In this document: in pieces, positions 49,810 to 61,600 of the stretch
Layout: the number at the start of each line of letters is the position of its first letter
Position numbering within the stretch: position 1 is the first letter of the stretch
Assembly (NCBI RefSeq): GCF_030684315.1
Contig: NC_081396.1
Coordinates: forward strand, 992,001 to 1,056,000
Direction of reading: 5' to 3'
Length of the DNA: 64,000 nucleotides
Source of the DNA: Stegostoma tigrinum
Lineage: Eukaryota
Program-made: the position numbers and the translations under genes
The notes under the pieces: model-generated
Told to the model about the DNA's origin: nothing
The model's database searches: none
Seen by the model: the letters and a program-made list of their open reading frames with translations, nothing else

Positions 49810-50112
49810 ATTGCTCACTGATAAGCCAGAAGTAAAGATGGCATGAATATGTAGAGAGTGACACTCTCCTCTGTTTCTGCACAGACGGGGAGAGTGCCTT
49901 CCTGTCATAATACCTGCTGACTCTCTCCCTTCGACACCAATATATTCTCATCAGCCATACAGACGGCTTCAGTGACAGTTCCACATTTGCCAGAAGTCGC
50001 TTCACAGCTTTTCTGGTCAAAACCTTCAGAGTTGTCAGTTTAAACGGTTTAACAGATATCACACGAGGCTTCTGAAAAAAAACCGTTATGCAACATAAGC
50101 ATCCTCACAGTG
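49810..50112 (+). pseudogene. V pseudogene (family E)
   Basis: RVTLS..LS*YLL...HQYILISHTDGFSDSSTFARSRFTAFLVKTFRVVSL, with heptamer CACAGTG at 50106-50112. Confidence 0.7.
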
Positions 50113-51863
50113 CTGAATTTAATGGAAAATTGCCTTCAGATCGTCATCTGCAGGTAGAGTCTGTGAGCAATGAGAATTCCCGATACTGTTCAACATGATT
50201 AAGTGCAGTGGAATGTGAGTCTACGTACAAACAGTTGTAAGAATTAACACGGATAGAATGGAACACAGAGTGGCAGACTGAGAAAAATGCATAGAATAAG
50301 AAACCGAAAGAAACACTGTCTGATAAATCGACACGCACACAGGTAAACTGTAATGAGCGTACGTAGAATAATAGAGACTGATAGACAGATAGAGAGACAG
50401 ACAAACAGATAGATGGGCAGATGGTTAGATAGAGAGATAAAGAGATAGATATATACATAATGACAGACAGATAGAAAGCTAGATAGATAGATAGACTGGC
50501 AGACAGATAGTTGGCGAGATAGATAAATTGAAAAACAGACAGGCAGTTCGACCAATGGTTGCTGTTCACACACGCCAAAAATAGACTGATAGACGACATA
50601 TGCAGAAGCATTTGAAGACACCACAATTGACAGCAATGATGTTACATGGTTTCATGCCTTCTCTGTTAACAATGACCATCTCTGTGTTCTCCATGCTAAT
50701 CCTCTCCGTGTTCTTCATGTTGACCATGTCCAAAATACTCACAGTGATGCTGTGTACGTTTTGGTGCTGCTTTTAGATTGAAAGGTATTGTCCACTGCAG
50801 CTCACCTTTTGACTGATTTCCCATAATGCTCAAAAGATGCAGGGCGCCAGCAGGACGTGACTTTTCATCACTTTAAACACTAACTGATGAAAAAAGGCAC
50901 AGAGGCTTTACTTTCTTAATTTTGAATAAAGCCCCCACCAACTACCACCCATTGTAGAGATAGAATCACACACTCACAGATAATGATGGGTATTGCTGCC
51001 CGAGCAGGGTGTACGGAGAAACACATTCTCACAGATATACAAAAAAACAGATGCTAACATGCACAGAGACACATGCAGATACACACACACATACGCACAC
51101 ACGCACTCACACACACAAGCACACACACACTGAAGGTGTTGGTGTCTAAGACAGCTGCTATGGCATTATTCAAAAGTGCATTGAGTCCATTTCCATGAGG
51201 TGCCTGTTTTAAATGATTAAAAAAACACAGGGTTGGAGTGGAAAGAAACTGAAGATATCGAAGGGGAAGCAAAAAATGTAAGTGAGATAATCTTGGCCAC
51301 ATGAATAGAGAAACAGCAATGGAAGATCTCAATGATGTGGATTCTGATAAGCATATTATTAGACATACATCTGATTAAAAGTTGCAATTAAGTTTTATGA
51401 TGTGGGAGATTTAATTTGAATGGCTTTGCTTTGAGAAGGGGCAGTTTGTCCGTGTACAATGATGATGTGAGAGCTGTCAATCTCGTTGATGGTATTACTG
51501 GGCAACTTCAGTGCACCCATTAACATGTTTATCACAAGCCACTTCAACTTGGTGTAAGAGTAAGCAAAAGAACAGATTCTGGAGAGTAAATGAGTTGGGA
51601 ATGTGGTAAATTGCTTATCTGGAATCAAAGCCGTGCTCTCAGAATGCATAGTGTCCTGTATTAAGAATAGTGACTTTGACTCTGCTTGGGGGCTGCCAAA
51701 TCAGTTAGAGTCAGCCCTCCCTATCCCAACATCTCAGCATCACACCGAGAAAAAGCAGTGAGGTGGATACATCCACATTAAGACAAGCAGCATATTGTAG
51801 GCGGGGTTACAGAATGGGTGTCATCAAACATCTGGCAGCCCCACAATGCCAAGGACAGAGGCA

Positions 51864-52316
51864 ATGTGGCTGCTCAGCATTTGGTTTGTGTCGGTCACAT
51901 TTCTAATGGGTAAATGTGGAAGAAATGGAATTCATATTCTTTTATCAAATCATATATTTAATTGATGTCAGCCTGACATTGTGCAATTAATATCTATTTT
52001 CTCTTTCAGACCTGAGTCGTGGAGATTCAGTCACTCAGTCACTCTCTTCAGATGTTCAGACGGAGGGAGCGGCAGTGACTCTAAGTTGTAACTATGAGAC
52101 TACAAAGAGCTCTTATTGGATATACTGGTACCGGCAGTACCCAGGCACGCAGCCCGATTATATACTGAGGAAAGGTACTGGAGGCAGTGAGGATAAGGCA
52201 GATTTTGCGAAAGATCGTTTCTATGTAGAGCTTCAAAAATCGAAGAAACTCACCAGATTCACTATCACTGGATTAGAGCTGAGTGACACTGCTGTGTATT
52301 ACTGTGCTTTCTGGGA
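51864..52316 (+). CDS. TRAV/TRDV: TCR alpha/delta V gene, apparently functional (leader 51864-51909, V exon 52010-52316)
   Basis: Leader MWLLSIWFVSVTFLM/G. The V exon is open, nearly identical to 44299-44605, and ends YYCAFWD. Confidence 0.95.
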
Positions 52317-52355
52317 CACAGTGATTGCAAACAGTCTCACTCTTTTACAAAAACT
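52317..52355 (+). promoter_or_regulatory. 23-RSS
   Basis: CACAGTG + 23 nt + ACAAAAACT. Confidence 0.96.
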
Positions 52356-52612
52356 GTCTTTGCACCATAGATTGCTCTATCTGTGATGTTTTCACAGAAT
52401 TTTGGGAAGTTATTATGTGCTGTCAGGCGTTTGAATACATATCAAGAGGAAGCCAAACTAACCACTCATCAAACTGTCGACGAACTATTTCCCTGAGCTG
52501 ATGAGAAAATAAAATGCATATTCTGAACTCTAACACAGACACAGGGCAGTGTCATCTTTGAACGCACCCGTTCCAATTGTTATCCTCTGCAGTTCGCTGT
52601 GCCATAACTTGC

Positions 52613-53127
52613 AGACCGTTAGAGCATAAGTCCATAAGTCATAGGCGTGGAAGTAAGGCCATTCGGCCCATCAAGTCCACTCCGCCATTTAAATCATGGC
52701 TCATGGACATTTCAACACCACTTCCTTGCACTCTCCCCATAGCTTTTGATTCCATGTGAGATCAAGAATTTGTCGATCTGTGCCTTGAAGGCATCTAACG
52801 CCCCGGCCTCCACTGCACTCCGTGGCAATGAGTTCCACAAGCCCACCGCTCTCTAGCCAAAGAAATGTCGTCTCATTTCCGTTTTAAATTTACCCTCTCT
52901 AATTTTAAGGCTATGCACACCTGTCCTAGTCTCCCCATCTAACGGAAACAACTTCCTGGCATCTACTGCTTCTACGCCATACATTATCTTGCTAGTTTCT
53001 ATTAGAGCTCCACTCAAACTTCTAAACTCCAATGAGTACAATCCCAGGATAATTAGTGTGAATCTCCGCTGGACACGCTCCAAGGCTAGTATGTCCTTCC
53101 TGAGGTGTGGGGCCCAAATTTGGACAT
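52613..53127 (-). mobile_element. CR1 3' fragment (duplicate of 48505-49060)
   Basis: Same insertion site and 5' truncation point as the 48.5 kb copy, with a small internal deletion. Confidence 0.9.
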
Positions 53128-53894
53128 AGTGAGTTGTCAGATATCTCCTCTTCTTCAAGATTCAGATGCACACCTTCACGACAAAGGAATGAGGGGGGAG
53201 CATCCAAAAACATGATAGCAATCAGGGGCGGAGTTTTAGAATGAGAGCCACTGAAGGTGCCGATTCGATTGGATTGAAGGAATGCTGACTTAATGCCTTC
53301 ATCATGATTGTGATCACAGAAAAGTGCTTATCTGCTTACATCACAACATGGCAGTAGCTGTTCTTGTGTGTTTGTGTGTTTGTGTGCGTGTGTGTGTGTG
53401 TGAGCGAGAGAGAAACATAAAGTTTGTACAATTATGTAGAAGTTCACTGTCATGATTTCATTTTCAGTTCTACTTGTACCTCATACCTCATACGTGTCAA
53501 TCTCGCTCTCAGGTATTTTATTCATCTGTGCTGTTACCTTACTCTCGTTAGTTTGAGTTTGACACTCACTCTGTCTTTTTTCAGGTTTCCTCTTTGTGTT
53601 TGAACTCAACTTCAATTTGATTACAGACTCCATAATCTAATTCAATGGCAGCGGATGCTCTAAAATGCCAATTAACTTTTCCCTGTACCCTCGTGATACA
53701 TTCTTATGATTCTAACAATCAATTGGAGTGCCAAATCCTCAGCCATATAAAATGTTGATGTCAAAACAAAATACCTCAATTCTTCCCTTCCTTTCCTTTC
53801 TCTCATTTGTGGATCGACAATTTCGTTTCTGCAATCTACAGTGGAAGAAAGTCTCCCAAATACAATGCCTGATTGTCCTTTTGGGACCCTCTCC

Positions 53895-54200
53895 AAATTG
53901 CTCACTGATGAGCAGAAGTAAAGATGACATGAATATTGCAGAGCGTGACACTCTCCTCTGTTTCTGCACAGATGGGGAGAGTGCCTTCCTGTCGTTGTAC
54001 TGGCTGACTTTCCCCCTTCGACACCAATATATTGTCATCAACTGGACAGACGGCTTCAGTGACAGTTCCACATTTGCCAGAAGTCGCTTCACATCTTTTC
54101 TGGTCATAACCTTCAGAGTTGTCAGTTTTAAACGGTTCAACAGATATCGGACGAGGTTTCTGAAAAAAAACCTTTCTGCAACAGAAGCATACTCATAGTG
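53895..54200 (+). pseudogene. V pseudogene (family E)
   Basis: QSVTLS..HQYIVINWTDGFSDSSTFARSRFTSFLV...FC, with heptamer CATAGTG at 54194-54200. Confidence 0.7.
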
Positions 54201-56414
54201 CTGAATTTAATGGAACAATGCCTTTAGATAGGGATCTGAATGTGGAGTCTGTGAACGATGAGAATTCCCGGCATTTTACAAGGCACTGTTCAACATGATT
54301 AAGTGCAGTAGAATGTAAGTCTACGTACAAACAGTTGAAAGAGCAAACATGGATAGAATGGAACACAAAGGGATAGACTGAAAAAAAACGCATGGAATAA
54401 GAAACTGAAAGAAACACTGTCTGATAAATAGACATGCATGCAGGTAAACTGTAACATACATTTGTAGAATAATAGAGAGTGACAGATAGATAGACAGATA
54501 GTCAGACAAATAGATATATGGACAGATGGTTAGATAGAGAGATAAATAGATCGATATATACATATTGACAGACAGATAGAAAGCAAGATTACAAGTAGAC
54601 AGATAGATGGTTTGATTGACAAAAAGATAGACAGGCAGGCATTACGATGAATGAGTGCTGTGCTCACACGCCAAAAATAGACTGATAGACGACATATGCA
54701 GAATCATTTGAAGATACCATAATTGTCGCCAATGATGTTACATTGTTTCATGCCTTCTCTGTTAACAATGACCACCTCTGTATTCTCCATGCTAATCCTC
54801 TCCATATTTTTCATAGTGACCATGTCCAAAATACTCACAGTAATGCTGTGTACGTTTTCGTGCTGCTTTTAGATTCGATGGTGCTGTCTACTGCAGCTCA
54901 CCTTTTGACTGATTCTCCCATAATGTTCGAAAGTTAATAATTGCAATAGATGCAGAGCGCCAGCAGGGTGTGACTTTTCACCACTTTAAACACTAACTGA
55001 TGAAAAAGGCACAGAGCATTTACTTTCTTAATTTTGTATAAAACCCCCGCCAACTGCCACCCATTGTAGAGATAGAATCACACACTCACAGATAATGATG
55101 GGGTTGCTGCATGAGTGGGGAGCACGGAGAAACACATTCTCACAAACGCNNNNNNNNNNNNNNNNNNNNNNNNNNNNNNNNNNNNNNNNNNNNNNNNNNN
55201 NNNNNNNNNNNNNNNNNNNNNNNNNNNNNNNNNNNNNNNNNNNNNNNNNNNNNNNNNNNNNNNNNNNNNNNNNNNNNNNNNNNNNNNNNNNNNNNNNNNN
55301 NNNNNNNNNNNNNNNNNNNNNNNNNNGCAGTATGCACCAATCTAATCTTTCACATATTAGCTGATATATGACAGGCTTGTTGTTGCCAGTTGTAACCTTT
55401 GTACGGCTCATTTGGTTTGTAATTTCTTTGCGTTTGCAATTTTGTGTATTTGTGAAATCTCTGAAGATATTCACACAGACATGGTATATAGAATAGATAG
55501 AAGGTTTGTTTTCTGTTTTGCTCTGAATACCCCAGAAACTTCCCACATGGTAAGTAAATTGTAGCAACAGAATGGGAGCTATTCAGATGTGGTGAGTTGG
55601 GCTCCTGCTGCTTTGACACTCTTGACAGGCTTGATTCAGCTAATTGTTCTCCACTCCTGTCTCATTAGTACACTCTCAAATATTTAGATTCCGTCTTCAA
55701 TTTGATGAAAGAACGTTGGAAATCCTGAAGCATCCTATCAGGCGCTGAATTAAACTAACTCAATGTGACCTCAGTGACTCTGTTACTTGTGTGTACCTTT
55801 GGACAGATGGGGATAACAAAACGTTTGTAAAGATTTATTGGAATTGGACACAACCATTTTATGGCCAGAAATTCAAGCTTTACAAATTTACTGGAGGCTT
55901 TATTTTAGAGCTTTAGCTCATAGAACAAATAATAATGAGTCACTGTACTTGTTCGATTTGAATTGCCAGTAAGTTACTGGAAAATTACTGCATGAAACGT
56001 TAGTGGCTAACAGTCAACATCAAGCTTATAAAAATATAATTTTTCCATGGAAGGCGAATCGGTAGACCTATTGGAAACGTGAGTGAGAGAAAAAAGTATT
56101 TTTCTGCCTAAGGTAAATAGGGATCCATTCATTTATTGGATTCTCGCTATGCCTCTAGCGTATTTAAGTGAGCCCTGAAATCATTTGGAAATGCCTTGAG
56201 ATTGTTTACTGGATAGAGTCCCAATCCGAAGGTGGCTTGTTTCTTCATGTGCCGCGTGTAGGACCGAACTGCTTTAATGACAGTTTATGTATACAATGTT
56301 GCCATTATGAACAACTTATATTTTTGAAAGGTAAAAAGAAGTCAGACAGTGACTGTAATTTTACGCAAAGCCTGCACTGAGATGTTGCCACGGCCAGCCC
56401 AGTGAGGATGGCAA

Positions 56415-56530
56415 AAACCCCATGTAATTATATCAGAAGTCAAACCCCATGTATTTACATCAGACGTCAATGGTAGACAGCCAATCTCTAATGTTCTCAC
56501 ACACACCGCCTCTTCTTCTGATTCATAAAA
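56415..56530 (+). promoter_or_regulatory. Putative promoter of the IgH-like V
   Basis: 27-bp tandem duplication containing an octamer-like ATTTACAT and a CRE-like GACGTCA; CCAAT at 56481; TATA-like CATAAAA at 56524. Confidence 0.5.
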
Positions 56531-56628
56531 CTCTGTGGGTGTGGATGAGCGTCCAACAGTCTGTAGATCTGCTTTTGCAGTGAGTGACAGGAGAGCATAC
56601 TGTACCAATAAAAACAGTGTCAGGAAGC

Positions 56629-57063
56629 ATGAGGTCGCTAAGCTTTCTTCCTCTTCTTCTTGCTTTCATATCCAGTGCGTAGACCTAATTGTTTCTTTCA
56701 AGAAAATTTTAACCTGGTTTGCAGTTTCTCAGTTTAATTAATTTTCCTTTGCTTCACTAGGTGCCCAATCTGAAGTATTGTTGACTCAACAGGAGGAAGT
56801 CATGGGAATTGCTGGACAGCCTCTGAGACTGACATGTAAAACCAGCGGTTTTGATCTGGGTACCTACACTATGTACTGGTACAAACAAAGTCCTGGGAAT
56901 GCTCCACAATGGTTAGTTTGGCATTATACTGAAGACAGCAACGGTTTTAATCCAGAGGTTGAAAACCGAGTTGATGCTTACAAAGACCTTACAAACAATA
57001 TGTTCACTTTGGATATCAGACCTTTGAGGGTTTCAGATAGTGCAACATATTATTGTGCAAGAG
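56629..57063 (+). CDS. TAILV: Immunoglobulin heavy-chain-like V gene inside the TCR V array (TCR-associated Ig-like V); leader 56629-56674, V exon 56761-57063
   Basis: Leader MRSLSFLPLLLAFIS/SAQS, resembling shark VH leaders. EVLLTQ...LRLTCKTSGFDLGTYTMYWYKQSPGNAPQWLV...KDLTNNMFTLDI..L...DSATYYCAR is open, with GT..AG splice sites. Confidence 0.9.
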
Positions 57064-57102
57064 CACAGTGAGACAGATCAGATCCAAACCTGAACAAAAA
57101 CC
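57064..57102 (+). promoter_or_regulatory. Perfect-consensus 23-RSS
   Basis: CACAGTG + 23 nt + ACAAAAACC. Confidence 0.97.
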
Positions 57103-58036
57103 CACAAGAGGAAATGTTGCATTTTCGTCGGTGTTCACTGATAGCATCAAAACACGCATGATGTACAGCAGCTCACTGAATAGTATTTTTGCTGAATAAT
57201 ATTTATTCAATAAAACAACAACGAATGAGGCTTTGTTTCACTGTTTGGTGTTTGTGTGCATGTGTGTGTGTATGAATGTGTACATGTGAATGTATGCGTG
57301 CATGTGTGCGTGCATGTTTGTGTTTTCTCTATGAGTATAGATGTGCTTGAGAATGTAATTATGAGTACATGGAGATTCAGTGTAACAGTTAAATTTATAT
57401 GCAATCTCTCAATACTGTATATCAGTCACGCTGTCCTGAAATATTTGACCCCTTTTATTGTTCTCTCACTTTCTGTAGTCTCAGTTTCTCCTTAATTCTG
57501 ACCACCTCTTCAGTTCCCACTGAGGTACTGAACTTAATCTCAATTTGTTTGGAGACTCCGTAAAGGAAACAATAAAAATCAGTTACGTGACAATGCATGT
57601 AATGTCAATTTTCAGAGAGTTCGTTTCAGCTGATTTTTCACATGATAACTTTCGACACTGACTGCAATTCTGTACTCGATGTTTACGTTAAGCAGTGCCT
57701 GAGTGATCCCTGGTCTTTGCTTTTGTCTTGCCTTTGAACAGGATTGTTCCAACTTCATTTCCTGCTTTGCACTGATGTGCATTCTCAGGAGGAGAACCAC
57801 TGCATATTTGGGCTTTACTCTCCTCTCAGTCGGACATGAAGACGATGGTTTCGAAAAGCAATGACTATTCTCATTATGCGAATGTAACTGACGGTTTAAA
57901 TTGTGAGGAGCTACCAATGTGCAGTGGTAGAATCCCTACGCTTGTTTCAAACAGATTCCAGTTCCAGATTCACTTGCTGTTGAGTTGTCTAATAATATCG
58001 CTAAACACGTTGTTTTGAAAATGGAGATCCTTCACC

Positions 58037-58300
58037 GTAGAATCCCTACAGTCCGGAAACAGGCACTTCAGCCCAGCAAGTCCACATTCCCTCAAAACCC
58101 ACCTAAGCTCGATCACCCTGAACACTACAGGCTATTTAGCATGGTGAATCCAACTAGCCTGCACAACTTACGACTGTGGGAGGAAACCGGAGCACGAGGA
58201 AGTAATGTGGAGAATGTGCTAACTCCACACTGACAGTCGCCAGACCGGAGAAGTGAACCTGGGATCCTGGTGCTGTGAGGCAGGTGTGCTACCTACGGTA
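58037..58300 (-). mobile_element. HE1/V-SINE-like element
   Basis: Homologous to 7953-8258 (GTAGAATCCCTACAG tail; GGAGGAAACCGGAGCAC core on +). Confidence 0.75.
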
Positions 58301-58459
58301 CCAAGTTTCGAACCTCAACAGTGACAATTCATGTAACATTTACACATCGAACAGGGATGCTCCACAAAATTCACTTTCAGTCACTGATTGTTTCTCCTCT
58401 GTCATGTTGTGGATGGTCAGAGAGCGAAGCTGTTGCTTTGGCTCCGCTCTGCCTGTAGT

Positions 58460-58600
58460 ATCTGGACAGTTGCCCTATGAGTTGTAACATGGTGCTGATC
58501 AGGAAGCAGAGATAGTCGGCCACATCCTCTCTCCTGATATGTGCAAAATTGTAAGTTCTGTGTTGTTGACCTAGGTGAAGAGTGGGAAGATGCATTTACT
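58460..58600 (-). pseudogene. 3' fragment of inverted V (family B), cut by a CR1 insertion
   Basis: HIRREDVADYLC (D-x-A-x-Y-x-C) followed by heptamer-like CACCATG; flanks homologous to 29340-29560. Confidence 0.65.
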
Positions 58601-58601
58601 G

Positions 58602-61600
58602 CAGGATTACTGCCCAAGCCACGTGCCAATTGGCATAGGGAAAAGAATGTTAGGGAAGTAAACACGTGGCTAAGGGATTGGTGTGGGAAAGAGGGATTCC
58701 ATTTCATGGGGCATTGGCATCAGTTTTGGAATCGGGGGGGGGGGAGCGGGAACTGTATCGATGGGATGGTCTCCACCTGAACGGATCTGGAACCAGTGTT
58801 CTAGCGAAAAGGATAAATATGGTGGTCAGTAGGACTTTAAACTAGTGAGTCGGGGAGAAGGGAAAGTGAAAGAGTCAGGGAGTATGGAGTTAAATGGAAA
58901 GATAAGCAACAGGATAGCATGTGTACAGGTGGATTTAAGCTCGAGGCAGACTAGGAATACTGATAAAAAGGAAGGATAGCCTACGACATCTTGGGATGTC
59001 CAACCTCTCGAATAATGATAAGAAAGCTAGCATTAAGGCACATTATCTAAATGCTCATAGTATTCACAACAAAGTAGATGAATTACCAGCACAAATCCTC
59101 CTGAATGATTATGATGTGGTAGGCATCACAGAGACATGGTTGCGGGGAGCTCAGGACTGGCAGTTAAACATCCAAGGATTCACAACATATTGAAAAAGCA
59201 GAGGGGGTGGGGTTACCCTGTTAGTTAAGAATGGAATTAAATCTACGGCACTGAATGACATAGGGTCAGAAGATGTGGAGTCTGTGTGGGTAGAATTGAG
59301 GAACCACAAAGGCAAAAAAAAACTATAATGGGAGTTATGTACAGACCTCCTAACAGTGATCAGGACCAGGGGCGCAAGATGCACCGAGAAATAGATTGGG
59401 CATGTCAGAAAGGCAAGGTCACGGTGATCATGGGAGACTTCAATATGCAGGTGGATTGGGTGAATAATGTTGCTGGTGGATCCAAAGAAAGAGGATTCAT
59501 GGAATGTTTGCAGGATGGCTTTTTGGAACAGCTTGTGATGGAGCCCACAAGGGAGCAGGCTATTCTGGACTTAGTGCTATGTAATGAGCCAGACTTTATA
59601 AAAGACCTTAAAGTAAGGGAACATCTAGGAGGCAGAGATCATAATATGGTAGAGTTCAGTCTGCAGTTTGAAAGAGAAAAGGCAAAATCCGATGTAATGG
59701 TGCTACAGTTAAATAAAGGTAATTACAGGGGCATGAGAGAGGAATTGACGAAAACCGACTGGAAGCAGAGCCTAGCGGGGAAGACAGTAGACCAACAATG
59801 GCAGGAGTTTCTGGGTGTAATTGAGGGCACGATACAGAGGTTCATCTCAAAGAAAAGAAAGATTATCCGGGGTGGGATTAGACAGCCATGGCTGACAAAG
59901 GAAGTCAGGAAATATATCAAAGAAAAAGAGACAGCCTATAAAGTGGCCAAGAGCACTGGGAAATCAGAAGATTGGGAAGGCTACAAAAACAGACTGAGTA
60001 TAACAAAGACAGCAATAAGGAAGGAGAGGATCATATATGAAGGTAGGCTAGCCAGTAATATTAGAAATGATAGTAAAAGCTTCTTTCAATAAATAAGAAA
60101 CAAACGAGAGGCAGAAGTAGATATTGGACCGCGCCAAATTGATGCTGGAAGGCTAGTGATGGGAGATAAGGTAATACCTGAAGAACTTAATAAGCACTTT
60201 GCGTCAGTCTTCACAGTGGAAGACATGAGTAGTATGCCAACAATTAGGGCAAGCCAGGGGCAGAGTTGAGTACGGTAGGCATTACAAAAGAGAAAGTGCT
60301 AGAAAAGCTAAAAGGTCTAAAAATTGACAGATCTCCAGGCCCCGATGGGCTACATCCTAATGCTGTGAGGGAGGTGGCTGAGGGAATAGTGAAGGCTTTG
60401 GTCGTGATCTTTCAAAAGTCACTGGAGTCGGGGAAAGTCCCAGATGATTGGAAATTGCTGTTGTAACTCTCTTGTTTAAGAAAGGATCAAGGCAAAAGAT
60501 GGAAAATTATAGGTCGATTAGCCTAACCTCGGTAGTTGGTAAAATTCTAGAATCCATTGTCAAGGATGAGATTTCTAAATTCCTGGGAGTGCAGGGATCA
60601 GATTAAAGCGAGTCAGCATGGTTTTAGTAAGGGTAGGTCGTGCCTGACAAACCTGTTAGAATTCTTTGAAGAGGTAACAAGTATGTTAGACCAGGGAAAC
60701 CCAGTAAATGTTATCTATCTAGACTTCCAAATGGCCTTTGATACAGTGCCTCACTGGAGGCTGCTGAGCAAGGTGAGGGCCCATGGTGTTCGAGGTGAGC
60801 TATTAGCTTGGAATGAGGATTGACTGTCTGACAGAAGGCAGAGAGTTGGGACTAAAGGTTCTTTTTCGGAATGGTAACCGGTGACGAGTGGTGTCCCGCA
60901 GGGTTCAGTGTTGGGGCCACAGCTGTTCACCTTATATATTAATGATCTGGATGAAGAGACTGGGGGCATTCTGGCGAAGGTTGCCGATGATACGAAGATA
61001 GGTGGACAGGCACGTAGTACTGAGGAGGTGGGAAAGCTGCAGAAAGATTTATCAGTTTAGGAGAGTGGTCCAGGAAATGGCTGATGAAATTCAACGTGAG
61101 TAAATGTGAGGCTTTGCACTTTGGAAAAAAGAATGCAGGCATGGACTATTTTCTAAACGGTGAGAAAATTCGCAAATCAGAAGTGCAAAGGGATCTGGGT
61201 GTGTTGGTCCAGGATTCTCTCAAGGTTAACTTGCAGGTAGAGTTTGTAATTAAGAAAGCTAATGTAATGTTGTCGTTTATCTCAGGAGGGTTGGAATATA
61301 AAAGCAGCGATGTGCTTCTGAGGCTTTACGAGGCTCTAGTTAGGCCCCATTTAGAATACTGTGTCCAATTTTGGGCCCCACACCTCAGGAAGGACATACT
61401 AGCCCTTGAGCGTGTCCAGTGGAGATTCACACGGATGATCCCTGGAACGGTAGGTCTAACGTATGATGAACGGCTAAGGATCCTGAGATTGTACTCATTA
61501 GAGTTTAGAAGGTTGAGGGGAGATCTAATAGAAACTTACAAGATAATGTATGGTTTAGAAGCGGGGGACGCTGCGAAGTTGTTTCCGTTAGGCAGGGAGA

